NCBI GenBank assembly: GCA_050117845.1
Contig: JASFLY010000003.1
Location: forward strand, 1-64,000
Direction: 5' to 3'
DNA from: Candidatus Zixiibacteriota bacterium
Lineage (GTDB): Bacteria > RBG-13-66-14 > B26-G2 > WVWN01
DNA: 64,000 nt
Shown here: positions 26,068 through 36,078 of the stretch, one piece after another
Layout: each line of letters opens with the position of its first letter
Position numbering within the stretch: position 1 is the first letter of the stretch
The notes under the pieces: generated by a model
What the model was told of the DNA's origin: nothing
The model's database searches: none
Seen by the model: only the letters and a program-made list of their open reading frames with translations
Made by a program: the position numbers and the translations under genes

Positions 26068-29000
26068 TTACGGCAACGGCGCCGGCGCGAGAATGATTTC
26101 CGTTTTTTCAATCCGGTCAACTTCCCGGCAGAACTTAACGAATTTCTTGTAGTCGCCCGGCGATATGTCGCCCTGGTCGATGAACAGGTGCCGCTTGATC
26201 GTCAGTTCGTCCCCTTCCGCCCCCAACTCCAGAACGTACTCCGACCCCGGCCCGCGGATGCGGCCGGAATCCGGCATATAGTCTATTTCGTAACCGGCCG
26301 GGATTTTTACGCGCACGTCGTCGATCCAGGCCTCCGGCCTTTCGATACGTAGCGGGTAGTTGCGCTTCTCGGCCGTGATAAACACTTGCGCCAACGTGAA
26401 CTCGTACGGCACGACGCGCACGGCGAGGTTGTCGCCGCGCGTCCGAGCGAAATTCGGGACCCGCCCCTCGAAGTTCAGGGCGAACTCCCCCTTCAAATCG
26501 AAGAGGTTGTCGAAGCTGTACCCGTCTATCGTCGCCGCCGCGAATATCTGCGAGAGGCTTATCTCGACGTTGGATTCCTGCTCCTCGGGATTGGTGAAGC
26601 TCTCCCGATACGCGCCGCGCAAGCCCCGGTATATCCGCCGCCCCGCGAATTTCGCAGCGCCGCCGTAATCGAGCTCCAGCTCGAGTTCCAGGCCGATGCT
26701 GTCCTTCTCGAAGGGCGCCGCCGGCACCCGGCCCATCTCGTATCCTTGGTCGTCCACGATGAGCGCCGGTTTGCCGTACGCCGTCGTCCATACGTCGCCG
26801 AACGAAAAGGTGTCGAGCAGCGGGTCCGCGAAGGTTCCCTCCGACCCCACCGTCGGGAAGTAGACCAGGACGGTATCGAAGATCTCGGGGGTAACCACGT
26901 CCCACTCCCCCTTCGACCCGCCGGTCCCCACCAGCGCCAGCTTGGCGTCGATGCCGAGGCGGCGGCACAGTGCGACGATGAGTACCGCCCTGTCCACCGT
27001 CCGGCCGCGGCCGCGGAACGCCGTCACGCGGGCGGACGACGGGTAGTACACGCTGCCGCCCGAACTCTCGATGCTGCTCACGACGTGGTAATAGACGGCG
27101 GCGGCCCGGCCCGCTTCGTCCTTCGGCAACTCGACGGTCCGTAACCGTTTTTCCAGGAACTCGTCGAAGCGGAATTTCCCGAAAAGCTCGCCCCGATACC
27201 ACTCGCCGACGGTGTCGACGTCCTCAAAGGTGGTGACGCGGACGTACGGCGCGTACGCGTCCTTCGAGGGCATCATCGGTTCCTCGACGATGGGCGGCAT
27301 GTCGCGCCGCTCGAAGAGGTAGGCCGTCCGGCCTTCTCCCCGTATCTTTTTCGGCTTGAGGCGTTGGTTCGCCACGTCGAAGGTCAACCGGTCCTTCGCC
27401 GGAGAATCGTCCGGCACGACTACGGCGTAGCGCGTCCACAAAAGCGCCTCGCCGAGTTCGGCCATATAGAAGGGCTGGGAATAATACTGGAGCAGGTTGA
27501 ATATCATCCGCCGGTCGATGTTGAGGTCGTACGCGACCTCCAGCACGGCGCCCGGGACGACCCGCTCCATCGAGATGGCCTTGTACCCGCTCGTATCCTT
27601 AATGGAAACGGCGTCGACCACTTCCCCGTCCGGGAGGTGCGTACGGGCGTCGATTATCTCGGTGCCGCGGCCCGACATTACCGTTATCTCGCCCCAGCGT
27701 TCCCGCCCGGCGTCGTTCATTATTTTTATTAAATTATGGTTCGTCTCCCGGAACGAGTAGTCCGGATTGACGTAAACCACCGTCTGGTCGAGCAGCATTG
27801 CCGTATCGGCCTGGGGGTAATCCTCCGGCCCCACGTCGCGCTTCGCGAGCTCCGCGCCGTCGACCGTGAGAGCCCGGGACACCGCGTCCGGCTCAATGGC
27901 CCCTTCCCGCTCCAGGTACAGACGCGTCCGGTAATCGCCGGCGTCGAGCGCCAGCGCCTCTCGCAAGGCCGCGAACCCCTCGTCCCGCAGGCCGAGGCCG
28001 CAAAGGTAATAACCGCCCTGGCGCCGCAGCTCCGACGAGCGGGGCAGCATCGCCGCTCCCTTCGCGAACCACTCCCGGGCCGCGTCCTCGTTTCCGCGAC
28101 GGGCCGCCAGGTCCGCCAGCCCCAGGTACGCGTCCTCGTTGTACGGCTCGAATTCGAGAACGGTCCGGTACTGGCGTTCGGCCGCTTCCATATCGCCGCG
28201 GAAGAGGTACACTTCGGCCAGGAGGGCCCGGACGCCGGCGTCGTTCGCCTTGTACTCCGTATACTTCTCGTAGTACTCCGCCGCCCGGTCGGTATTGTCC
28301 TTATCGTAATAATAACCGGCGAGCGCCAACAGGGCCCGGTAAGCCCCGGGATTCAGGGCCAGGGCGCTTTTGGCTTGCCGGTTCAACTCCGCTTCCCAAC
28401 CTTCCCGGGAAGCGATGTCCACGAGGCCGCACACCGACGAAACGTACGCCGGCTCCTCCCGCAAGGACTCCCGATAATAATCGACGGCCTCCTCGCGCTT
28501 GCCCTCGTACGACGCGAACACGGCGAGTTCCTCGATGGCCACGACGCACGCGGGGTCCTCCGCCCGGGCCCGCCGGAGCTGGGACTTCGCCCCGGCCAGG
28601 TTGTACTCGCCGCCGGACAGGATGCGGCCGTACGCCCCGGCGACGTAGAACAGCGCGCACGCCGGAGCCGCCGACGTCGCGGCGTTCACTTTATCGATGC
28701 CGGCCAGGTACGACCCGACGGTAAAATCGTCGAAGCCGGCATAGAAGTCGGCCATCGGCCCGTCGCCGTCGTCGCCGTCCTCCGTGTCGAGCGGGACCGC
28801 GGGCGCGCCGGCGGCAGCCATATCCGCCGCGTCGGCCGTGACGTTCGCCGGCGTGGCGCCGTCGGCCTTAAGCACCCGGGCCTTGAATATCCAGGCGCCG
28901 TCGGTGCTGTAAACCGGGTCGTTGTTCTGCAGCGTTTTTATGAGGAGACGTTGCCGCCCTCCGTTCGTCTTGAAGCGGCAACGGTAGAGCGTGCGGGCGG

Positions 29001-29862
29001 GGCCGTCGGCCGGATGGTTAGTCATGACCTCGACGCCGCCCAGATAGGCCCGGAACCAATCGTCGCCCTGAATCTCGAGCCAGAACTCCCCGGCCGGGAG
29101 GTCGAACGTGGTGGTGGCGTACGCCACGCCCATATTGAAGCCGAGCGCGCCGCCGACGTTAATGGCGCCGAAACGGGAATCGACCGGCCGCCACCCGTCC
29201 TCTCCCGCCGTAACCTCCGGCGACGCCGTGAAGGCCTTCTCCGGCCCGAAGGCGTGGTCGACGTCGGCCAGGCCATATTCGTTGTAGACGCCGCACACGG
29301 AGAAATCCATCAGGTACCCGCGCTCCCGGGCCCACGCCTTGGCGTCGTCCCAGCGGCCGTACTGCAAGAGCAGCGATTCCGCCACCCGACCCGCCGCGTC
29401 GCGCGTGGCCGCCGGGCAATCCGGCCGCCGCGCGAGCGCCAGTAAAAAGTCGGGCGTCTGGGCGTACGCCGGAACGATGCCGTCGAAGAAGCGCAAGGTC
29501 GAGATAAGCGCGACCGCGGCTTCCCCGTCCGGGTAGAGTTCCAGGTATTGTTGCCACCGCTCGTAGGCCCGCGGCATCCGACCCCGCGAGAAGTCGAGCC
29601 AGGCCGCGCCCTCGAGCGTCGCCGCGTCTTCGGCGTCGGCCGCGAGCGCCCGTTTGAAGTACCCTTCCGCCGCGTCCTCGTCGCCGGTGAAAACCATCGC
29701 CAGCCAACCGGCCCGGGACCACTCCCCGGCGGCCGCGGCGCCGGCCAGCGCCGCCGGGGCTTCCCCCGCCGAACTGACGCCGAGGAATTCGTCCGTCACG
29801 CCCAGCGCCGGTACGGCGCCCGCGAACGCGCATATCCATATAATTAAGGAACGTAATCTCAT
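26068..29862 (-). CDS. Secreted TPR + DUF3857/transglutaminase-like/DUF3858-like protein
   Basis: Signal peptide, two TPR blocks, and a C-half with IKIMNDAGRERWG, VVPGAVLEVAY, RDMPPIVEEP, RNYPL and YKKFVKFCREV as I recall from DUF3857-TGase proteins. Confidence 0.75.
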   Translation of the reverse strand: MRLRSLIIWICAFAGAVPALGVTDEFLGVSSAGEAPAALAGAAAAGEWSRAGWLAMVFTGDEDAAEGYFKRALAADAEDAATLEGAAWLDFSRGRMPRAYERWQQYLELYPDGEAAVALISTLRFFDGIVPAYAQTPDFLLALARRPDCPAATRDAAGRVAESLLLQYGRWDDAKAWARERGYLMDFSVCGVYNEYGLADVDHAFGPEKAFTASPEVTAGEDGWRPVDSRFGAINVGGALGFNMGVAYATTTFDLPAGEFWLEIQGDDWFRAYLGGVEVMTNHPADGPARTLYRCRFKTNGGRQRLLIKTLQNNDPVYSTDGAWIFKARVLKADGATPANVTADAADMAAAGAPAVPLDTEDGDDGDGPMADFYAGFDDFTVGSYLAGIDKVNAATSAAPACALFYVAGAYGRILSGGEYNLAGAKSQLRRARAEDPACVVAIEELAVFASYEGKREEAVDYYRESLREEPAYVSSVCGLVDIASREGWEAELNRQAKSALALNPGAYRALLALAGYYYDKDNTDRAAEYYEKYTEYKANDAGVRALLAEVYLFRGDMEAAERQYRTVLEFEPYNEDAYLGLADLAARRGNEDAAREWFAKGAAMLPRSSELRRQGGYYLCGLGLRDEGFAALREALALDAGDYRTRLYLEREGAIEPDAVSRALTVDGAELAKRDVGPEDYPQADTAMLLDQTVVYVNPDYSFRETNHNLIKIMNDAGRERWGEITVMSGRGTEIIDARTHLPDGEVVDAVSIKDTSGYKAISMERVVPGAVLEVAYDLNIDRRMIFNLLQYYSQPFYMAELGEALLWTRYAVVVPDDSPAKDRLTFDVANQRLKPKKIRGEGRTAYLFERRDMPPIVEEPMMPSKDAYAPYVRVTTFEDVDTVGEWYRGELFGKFRFDEFLEKRLRTVELPKDEAGRAAAVYYHVVSSIESSGGSVYYPSSARVTAFRGRGRTVDRAVLIVALCRRLGIDAKLALVGTGGSKGEWDVVTPEIFDTVLVYFPTVGSEGTFADPLLDTFSFGDVWTTAYGKPALIVDDQGYEMGRVPAAPFEKDSIGLELELELDYGGAAKFAGRRIYRGLRGAYRESFTNPEEQESNVEISLSQIFAAATIDGYSFDNLFDLKGEFALNFEGRVPNFARTRGDNLAVRVVPYEFTLAQVFITAEKRNYPLRIERPEAWIDDVRVKIPAGYEIDYMPDSGRIRGPGSEYVLELGAEGDELTIKRHLFIDQGDISPGDYKKFVKFCREVDRIEKTEIILAPAPLP

Positions 29863-29906
29863 ATTATCAATCCGGCCTTACGCCGTCCTCAACCGCGTAA
29901 CTTGCG

Positions 29907-29935
29907 ATTTTACGATAACGTGAAGTCCCCGGCAA
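29907..29935 (-). promoter_or_regulatory. Sigma70-type promoter of the TPR gene
   Basis: TTGCCG-17 bp-TAAAAT. Confidence 0.6.
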
Positions 29936-29945
29936 GGAAATCCGC

Positions 29946-31370
29946 TCAGTGACGTTTGTGGTCCGCCTCGAATACTGATTGTTCCTTGGCGATTTCAAGT
30001 ATAGCGTCGCGGCTCTCTCCCCCGGCCACGTGCCGCGCCGCCAAAAGGCCCATCTTTATCGAATGGTCCATATTGTTGTAACGAAAGAGGCCGCCCCGAC
30101 CGATGGTCAACAGGTTCTCGATGGGCCACACGAAATCCAGGACCGCCTTGAGCTTCCGTTTGTAGTCCACGTCGTATATGGGATACGAGTACTCGTCGTA
30201 GGAAGAGCCGTACTCCTCCACGTCGTCGGCCAGGTCCAGGTCCACGGCCGCGAGGTCGGCCAAGCAAATCTCTTTCACTTCCTCGTCCGACATGCGCCAC
30301 TTCTCGTCGCCGGCGGTGCAGGCTATCTCGAGTTCCACCGCGCACTTCCCCGGCGGACACAGCGACGGCGACCAGTTGCGCAGATCCTGGACGCGGAAGA
30401 AGAAGTACTTCCGCTCGGGGATGTATATCCACGTATTGTCTGTTATCTCCGGACGGTCGACGACCAGGTTCAGGAAGCGCAGGCCCCGGAATTCCATTCG
30501 GCCCGCGGCCTCCGCGGCGTCCCGGTCCGCCGGCCTGATCATCTCGACCAGCCGCGGAAGCGGCGCCGTCGAAACGACGAAGTCGGCGGCCTCCGTCTCT
30601 TCCCGGCCGTCCCGGACGAACGAAACGCCGGTAACGCGGCCGCCCTCGCGGTTCACGCCGACCGCCCGGGCGCCGAGCCGCACCTCGGCCCCGGCGCTCC
30701 GCGCTCGTTCCGAAAGTTTTTCGAAGATCCGGCCTATCCCTCCCGGCGGGTAATGGAACTGCGTGGCGTAGGTCTTGGGTTGCTCTTTCTTCAGCTTCAA
30801 TAAGAGGAGCAGGACGTCCCAGAGGTTTAACAGCGAGATACGTTGGGCGGCCCAATCCGCGGAAATCTCGCTCGGCGGCCGGCCCCAGAGCTTCTCGGTG
30901 TAGGGGCCGAAATATATGTCGTAGAGGGCCCGGCCGAATCGGTTCACGACCCAGTCCTCGAACGATACGTCCCTGCGCGGGGCCAGCTTCTGGCGGGCCG
31001 TGGCCCCGAGATAATCCACGCCCGCCCGGAGCGTCGTGAACGGATTCATCCGCAGGAGGAGGTTCTTGAAATCCAGCGGATACGCGAAGTTCTTGCCGCG
31101 GAGGCGGATGGTGCTCTTCCGGTGCCGAACCTCGAGTTCGCCCCCCATCAGGTCGAAGACGAAGTCCCGGACCTCGTCGTCCCTGGTGATGAAGCGGTGG
31201 CCGCCCAGGTCGAAGGTCGCGCCGGCGAAGGATACGGTCCGGCACAGGCCGCCTACCCGGTCGTGGTCCTCGAGCACCAGGACGTCGAGGCCGGCGGCCG
31301 CCAGACGGTCCGCCGCCGTCAGGCCCGCCGGCCCGGCCCCGATTACGATTACGCTTTTGGGGGACGTCAA
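29946..31370 (-). CDS. FAD-dependent oxidoreductase (HemY/UDP-galactopyranose mutase-like, glycan-locus type)
   Basis: GAGPAG, VGGLCRT, DLGGHRF, YTEKLWG, GRGGLFRYNNMDHS. Confidence 0.85.
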   Translation of the reverse strand: MTSPKSVIVIGAGPAGLTAADRLAAAGLDVLVLEDHDRVGGLCRTVSFAGATFDLGGHRFITRDDEVRDFVFDLMGGELEVRHRKSTIRLRGKNFAYPLDFKNLLLRMNPFTTLRAGVDYLGATARQKLAPRRDVSFEDWVVNRFGRALYDIYFGPYTEKLWGRPPSEISADWAAQRISLLNLWDVLLLLLKLKKEQPKTYATQFHYPPGGIGRIFEKLSERARSAGAEVRLGARAVGVNREGGRVTGVSFVRDGREETEAADFVVSTAPLPRLVEMIRPADRDAAEAAGRMEFRGLRFLNLVVDRPEITDNTWIYIPERKYFFFRVQDLRNWSPSLCPPGKCAVELEIACTAGDEKWRMSDEEVKEICLADLAAVDLDLADDVEEYGSSYDEYSYPIYDVDYKRKLKAVLDFVWPIENLLTIGRGGLFRYNNMDHSIKMGLLAARHVAGGESRDAILEIAKEQSVFEADHKRH

Positions 31371-31416
31371 CGTTGAGTTCCTATAAATATCTTTCCGGAA
31401 AGGCTTCTTTTAATCT

Positions 31417-31848
31417 TTACCCCTCGGCCCCGCCTTCTTCCTCGTACTTCACGACGTCGACCTCGGCCTTCAGCGCGGCCACCTCGCCGCCCATCTGCAT
31501 CGGCAAATACTTGGACTCGAAGGTCAGGCCGGAGGTATTGCCGTTGGGCGGGACCATCTCGGCGATCTCGAAGTCGTGGCTCTCGATAATCTCGTTATTG
31601 TCGTCGACCAGCCGGATGTACAAGGTCCCCATCCACGGGTAGGATGACCCGTTGCGCGCGCTGATGGTCCACTTGTAAACATCTCCCTCTTCCGATACGT
31701 CGTCTATCGTAATGACGTAATGGGCCGCCACCGCCGTCGCCACCAGGTCGGCTCCGCTTATCGGCGGCTTCGGTTTGGACCCGCAGCCGGCCAGCGCGAA
31801 AGAAAGGCCCAACGCCACTACTACCGCAATCCCCGTAATCTTTCTCAC
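31417..31848 (-). CDS. Hypothetical lipoprotein (beta-sandwich-like)
   Basis: Signal peptide with lipobox LAGC; GGAGG SD. Confidence 0.75.
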   Translation of the reverse strand: MRKITGIAVVVALGLSFALAGCGSKPKPPISGADLVATAVAAHYVITIDDVSEEGDVYKWTISARNGSSYPWMGTLYIRLVDDNNEIIESHDFEIAEMVPPNGNTSGLTFESKYLPMQMGGEVAALKAEVDVVKYEEEGGAEG

Positions 31849-31878
31849 CGGGATACCTCCGTCGTTACCGGTTCACGT

Positions 31879-34227
31879 TTAAAATTCGACGCCGAGCATG
31901 GTCGCCGCGGCTCCGGGGACCCGTTCCCAGAAGCTGTCCTCGGGGGTAACGTATTCCACGGGCGCGTCGGCGGCGAGTTTGCCGTGTATACGGGCGTACT
32001 TCACGGCCTCGGCCAGGCCGCCGAGTTCGTCCACGAAACCCAATTTCCGGGCGTCTTCCCCGGTATAGATCCGGCCTCCGGCCAGTTCGTCCAGGCGGGC
32101 CGGCTCTATCCCCCGGGTCTCGGCGACGACGCCCTTGAAACGCTCGTACATGTCGTCGGATATCCGCTGGGCCCAGGCCCGTTCCTGTTCCGTCCAGAGG
32201 CGGTGGTAACTGAGCGCGTCGACGTGCTCGCCCGATTTGACCGGGACCCGCGTTATGCCGTATTTTTTATAAAACTCTTCCAGCGACGGCTTCCCCATTA
32301 CTACGCCGATAGAGACGGCCAGGGTTGCAGGGTCGGCGAAGATGCGGTCCGCGCCGCAGGAGATGAAGTACCCGCCCGAGGCGGCGATATCCCCCATCGA
32401 CGCCACGACCAGCTTGCCGGCCTCCCGGCACTTCACCACCTCGTCGTATATGGCCTCGGACGCTATGGCCGAGCCGCCGCCCGAGTTGATCCGCAGGACG
32501 ATGGCCCCGACGTCCGGGTCCTTGCGCGCGGCCCGCAACTGGGCCACGACCGTGTACTCGCCGATGGTCCGGCTGCCCCATAGTATCGAGCGCCGGCTGC
32601 GGCCGGTTTCGATGCTGCCCTCCGCGATGATGACCCGCACCGACTTCGGTTCGCCCCAGCGCCGCTTCCACGGTTGGCGCAGCGATATCTCGCCGAACGA
32701 GACCTCGTCCGCATCCCTGCCTGCGTCGCGGGCGACCACCGCCCGGACGTCCTCGTAGCGCGCCACCTCGTCAATCAGGCCCGCGTCCCGGCACTCGAAG
32801 GCCGTCATCGGTTCCCCCTCGCACAACTCCCGAAGCCGGCCGGCGTCGATACCGCGGTCCTCGGCCACGGCCCAAAGGAATTGCTCGTAAACGCCGTCCA
32901 CCAGCTTCTGCACAACCTCTTTCATCTCCGGCGACGGCTCGTCGGCTATCTGGTGGAACAGCCCCTTAACGTCGCCTGAAGTTATAAAGTCCCACTCGAC
33001 GCCGAAGCGCTCGGTCAGGTCGGTTATCCGCCACATCGTCATATAGGTCCCGACGCCGCCGAAGAAGCCGTTCGTCGGCATAACGATAACGTCCGCCGCC
33101 GACGCGATGTAATAACCCTGCGGCCGGTGAACCACCTCGACGTACGCGTAGACTTTTTTCCCGGCCCGCCGGACCTCGTATATCGCCGTCCGGATTTCCT
33201 GCGCCAGGCCCGTAATGCCCGGCGTGAACCCGGCGCTAACGTCGCCTATGCGCAGTACGACCGCCTTGACCTCCGGGTCGTCGCGGGCCGCGTTCAAGCG
33301 GCGGATTATATCCCGGCCGCTCTTCCGACCCGAGCCCAGAAGCGAGAAGCCGGAACCGCTCTCGGCCAGGCGCCCTTCTATAACAATCTCGCGGTACTGA
33401 TCGCCGCAAAGGAAAACCGAATCCTTGCGCTCGAGGTTGAATCCCAGGCCCGCGCTGTCCGCCTGGTACTCGAGGTCCTCGTCCAGCCGGGCGTTGTAGT
33501 CGAAGCTCCCGTAACCGAAACCGAAGGTCACGCCGGCGCCGACGTTCTTGTCGTCGTCCGCGCTGAACCCCAGCTTCACGCCGTCGACTATTTCCAGGTC
33601 CAGGCCGCCGCGGTAACTAATGTCGCCAAGCTCGTCGCCTTCCCGCCACCCCGCGTCACAACTGAGCGTCAGCCGCTCCCAGAAGGGCCGGACGCCCACG
33701 GCGGCCACGTAGGTCCGCCTCTCGGTCTGACGCAGGAACCGCGGCTCGTTGAGGTTCCGGCCTACCGCCGCGAGGGACAGGTAGGGACTCGGCCGGGCCA
33801 TGACGCCGGCGTCGACGGTCCAGGCCGACGTTAAGTAAGGCTTGGACGCGGCGAGGCGATTCACACCCAAACCCATGCCGAAACCCCGATACACGGGACC
33901 GCCGAAGGTCCAGGAAAAGCGACTGTTTTTAATATTGTCGTCCGGGAAGCGAGCCGCGTCATAAGCGAAACCGCCTATAAGCGTATCGAAGTAGAGATGG
34001 TAATTCCTCCGCCCCAGGTTCTGAATGTTACGGGAGAAGTAGCAGTTGAAACCGTGGCCCGCGGCCAGGCCCGCCGGGTTAATGGGAACGCTCATCGCGT
34101 CGTCGGCCACCGCGGCCGATCCCCCCGCGCCGTAGGCCGGTGGCTCCCAGTACGAATAAACGTCGAAGGCCTCCGCCACCCCGGCGAGGCAAATCGCGGT
34201 AAAAACCGCCGCAAATTTATTAAACAT
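31879..34227 (-). CDS. sppA: Signal peptide peptidase SppA (tandem S49 domains) with N-terminal beta-barrel-like domain
   Basis: LRINSGGG, SMGDIAASGGY, SIGV, GGRIYTG, VDELG; first domain YYIASAAD...GDVKG; N-terminal NPAGLA plus alternating beta strands. Confidence 0.88.
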   Translation of the reverse strand: MFNKFAAVFTAICLAGVAEAFDVYSYWEPPAYGAGGSAAVADDAMSVPINPAGLAAGHGFNCYFSRNIQNLGRRNYHLYFDTLIGGFAYDAARFPDDNIKNSRFSWTFGGPVYRGFGMGLGVNRLAASKPYLTSAWTVDAGVMARPSPYLSLAAVGRNLNEPRFLRQTERRTYVAAVGVRPFWERLTLSCDAGWREGDELGDISYRGGLDLEIVDGVKLGFSADDDKNVGAGVTFGFGYGSFDYNARLDEDLEYQADSAGLGFNLERKDSVFLCGDQYREIVIEGRLAESGSGFSLLGSGRKSGRDIIRRLNAARDDPEVKAVVLRIGDVSAGFTPGITGLAQEIRTAIYEVRRAGKKVYAYVEVVHRPQGYYIASAADVIVMPTNGFFGGVGTYMTMWRITDLTERFGVEWDFITSGDVKGLFHQIADEPSPEMKEVVQKLVDGVYEQFLWAVAEDRGIDAGRLRELCEGEPMTAFECRDAGLIDEVARYEDVRAVVARDAGRDADEVSFGEISLRQPWKRRWGEPKSVRVIIAEGSIETGRSRRSILWGSRTIGEYTVVAQLRAARKDPDVGAIVLRINSGGGSAIASEAIYDEVVKCREAGKLVVASMGDIAASGGYFISCGADRIFADPATLAVSIGVVMGKPSLEEFYKKYGITRVPVKSGEHVDALSYHRLWTEQERAWAQRISDDMYERFKGVVAETRGIEPARLDELAGGRIYTGEDARKLGFVDELGGLAEAVKYARIHGKLAADAPVEYVTPEDSFWERVPGAAATMLGVEF

Positions 34228-34260
34228 ATGGCAACCCCTTGTATAATAACGATTCGCGGT

Positions 34261-34289
34261 ATAGTAGCTTAATATCGGCCTTTCCGCAA
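34261..34289 (-). promoter_or_regulatory. Sigma70-type promoter of sppA
   Basis: TTGCGG-17 bp-TACTAT. Confidence 0.55.
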
Positions 34290-34330
34290 GCCGTTACCGC
34301 GACTAAAAAGACCCAAAAAACCCATTTCCC

Positions 34331-34359
34331 TTGACTTAAACCCGGTCGGATAATATATT
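34331..34359 (+). promoter_or_regulatory. Sigma70-type promoter of smpB
   Basis: TTGACT-17 bp-TATATT. Confidence 0.65.
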
Positions 34360-34384
34360 TCTCCCAAGAAGTGAAGAGACTAAA

Positions 34385-34819
34385 ATGGATAAAACCGTCG
34401 CATCCAATCGTCGTGCGAGGTACGACTACGAGATTTTGCAGACCTACGAGGCCGGCCTGGTACTCGCCGGCGCCGAGGTCAAGTCGCTTAGGGGCGGCCG
34501 CTGTTCACTGGGGGACTCCTACGCCGCCCCCGATAACGGCGAAATATATCTCCACAACCTCCATATCCCGCGCTACGACAAGAGTTCGGCCGACGCCCTC
34601 AATCCCCGGCGCCGCCGGAAACTCCTCTTCAACCGGGGGGAGATTAACCGCATTATTCGGGCCGTGGAGCAAAAGGGCGTTACGCTCATACCGTTAAAAA
34701 TATACTTCTCGGGACCCTACGCCAAGGTCGAAATCGCCCTCGCCCGGGGCAAAGCCAAATACGACAAAAGAGCAAAGATCCGCGAGAAAGACGAGGACAA
34801 GCAAAATTGGGAACGTTAA
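34385..34819 (+). CDS. smpB: SsrA-binding protein
   Basis: NRRARYDY, EAGLVLxGxEVKSLR, RKLL, GKAKYDKR. Confidence 0.96.
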   Translation: MDKTVASNRRARYDYEILQTYEAGLVLAGAEVKSLRGGRCSLGDSYAAPDNGEIYLHNLHIPRYDKSSADALNPRRRRKLLFNRGEINRIIRAVEQKGVTLIPLKIYFSGPYAKVEIALARGKAKYDKRAKIREKDEDKQNWER

Positions 34820-36057
34820 AACATATCGCATCGGGTCGCCGCGTAATCTCCCGGGCATTGTTGTGGGGAATATCTCTCGCCGTAACGGCGCCCGGCCTGG
34901 CGGCCCCGGCCGGCGCGGCCAACCGCGTCACCGGCATGACCGTCCGCAACTACACCGACTACACCGCCGTCATCGTCAAACTCGAAAAGCCTGCTTTATT
35001 TAAAGTGAGTAAAACGAAGGACGGCCGCCTGGCCCTCATCATCGACGACTGCTCGGTATCGCCCTCGGCCGCCAAGTTGACCGAACCCGTGGGCGTCGTC
35101 GCGAAGGTCACCTCCGCCACTTCCGACAACCGGGCCTATATTTACGTAACGCCGAGCAAAAGCGCCAAGAACTACGAGGGGAAATCCCTTAAAAACCCGC
35201 CGCAGATATTCTTTAAAATTTATAAAAAAGCCGGAACCACCAAGCCGACGACGAAACCCGTAACCAAACCCGACGTCGAACCGGCGACGGAGAAACCGGT
35301 GGTCGCGGCCAAGGGCGAATTCCCCGTCTCGGCCCGCGAGATGGAAGCCGACAAAACCCCCACGAAGATCGATACGATCTGCATCGACCCCGGCCACGGG
35401 GCCCACTTCTCCGGGGCGGAAGGCCCGACCGGCGTCCTCGAGAAGGACGTCAACCTCGAGATATCGCTCCGGCTGGCCCGGCTCCTGCGGGACAAATTGG
35501 GCGTACGCGTCGCGATGACCCGCATCGACGACAGCCACGTCTACATGCGCGACCGTACCGGCCTGGCCAACGCCATCAACGCCGACCTATTCATCGACGT
35601 CCACAACAACGCCGTCCTCAACTCCAAGGTGCGGGGGACGGAGACGTACTTCCTCTCCGAGTCCCGCAACGACTGGGAACGCGCCGCCACCATCGCCGAG
35701 AACCAGGACTACCTGGCCGAGAACCCCAACTTCAGCGCCGACCCGGGAAGCCTGAACTTCCTTTTGTCGATGCTCGCGCAGAACGAGTACCTGCAGGAAT
35801 CGTCGGAGTTGGCCCACCTCGTCCAGGCGCGGATGCTGGCCAAGCTCGAACTCCGCGACCGGGGCGTGAAGCAGGCGCCGTTCTTCGTCCTCGTGGGTTG
35901 CGAGATGCCCTCTATCCTGGTCGAGATAGCCTTCATCTCCAACGCGACCGAGGAGAAGCTTTTGACCGACCCGGCCTGGCAGCAAAAAGCCGCGGAAGCC
36001 ATCTATGAGGGCATCAAGGCGTACAAGGACGCCTACGAGAAAAAGATGGCTAACTAA
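34807..36057 (+). CDS. N-acetylmuramoyl-L-alanine amidase (AMIN-like + Amidase_3)
   Basis: Signal peptide containing RR, AMIN-like domain, K/P/T linker, IDPGHG, EKDVNL, HNN, LVE; start uncertain. Confidence 0.92.
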   Translation: MGTLKHIASGRRVISRALLWGISLAVTAPGLAAPAGAANRVTGMTVRNYTDYTAVIVKLEKPALFKVSKTKDGRLALIIDDCSVSPSAAKLTEPVGVVAKVTSATSDNRAYIYVTPSKSAKNYEGKSLKNPPQIFFKIYKKAGTTKPTTKPVTKPDVEPATEKPVVAAKGEFPVSAREMEADKTPTKIDTICIDPGHGAHFSGAEGPTGVLEKDVNLEISLRLARLLRDKLGVRVAMTRIDDSHVYMRDRTGLANAINADLFIDVHNNAVLNSKVRGTETYFLSESRNDWERAATIAENQDYLAENPNFSADPGSLNFLLSMLAQNEYLQESSELAHLVQARMLAKLELRDRGVKQAPFFVLVGCEMPSILVEIAFISNATEEKLLTDPAWQQKAAEAIYEGIKAYKDAYEKKMAN

Positions 36058-36078
36058 CGCCGCCGAACGGCAGTTTCT

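Noticed and set aside
34228..34830. tmRNA gene beside smpB
   Set aside because: No room and no tRNA-like ends; the flanks hold divergent promoters and the overlapping amidase start.
35230..35300. KPTTKPVTKPDVEP repeat in the amidase
   Set aside because: Ordinary low-complexity interdomain linker.
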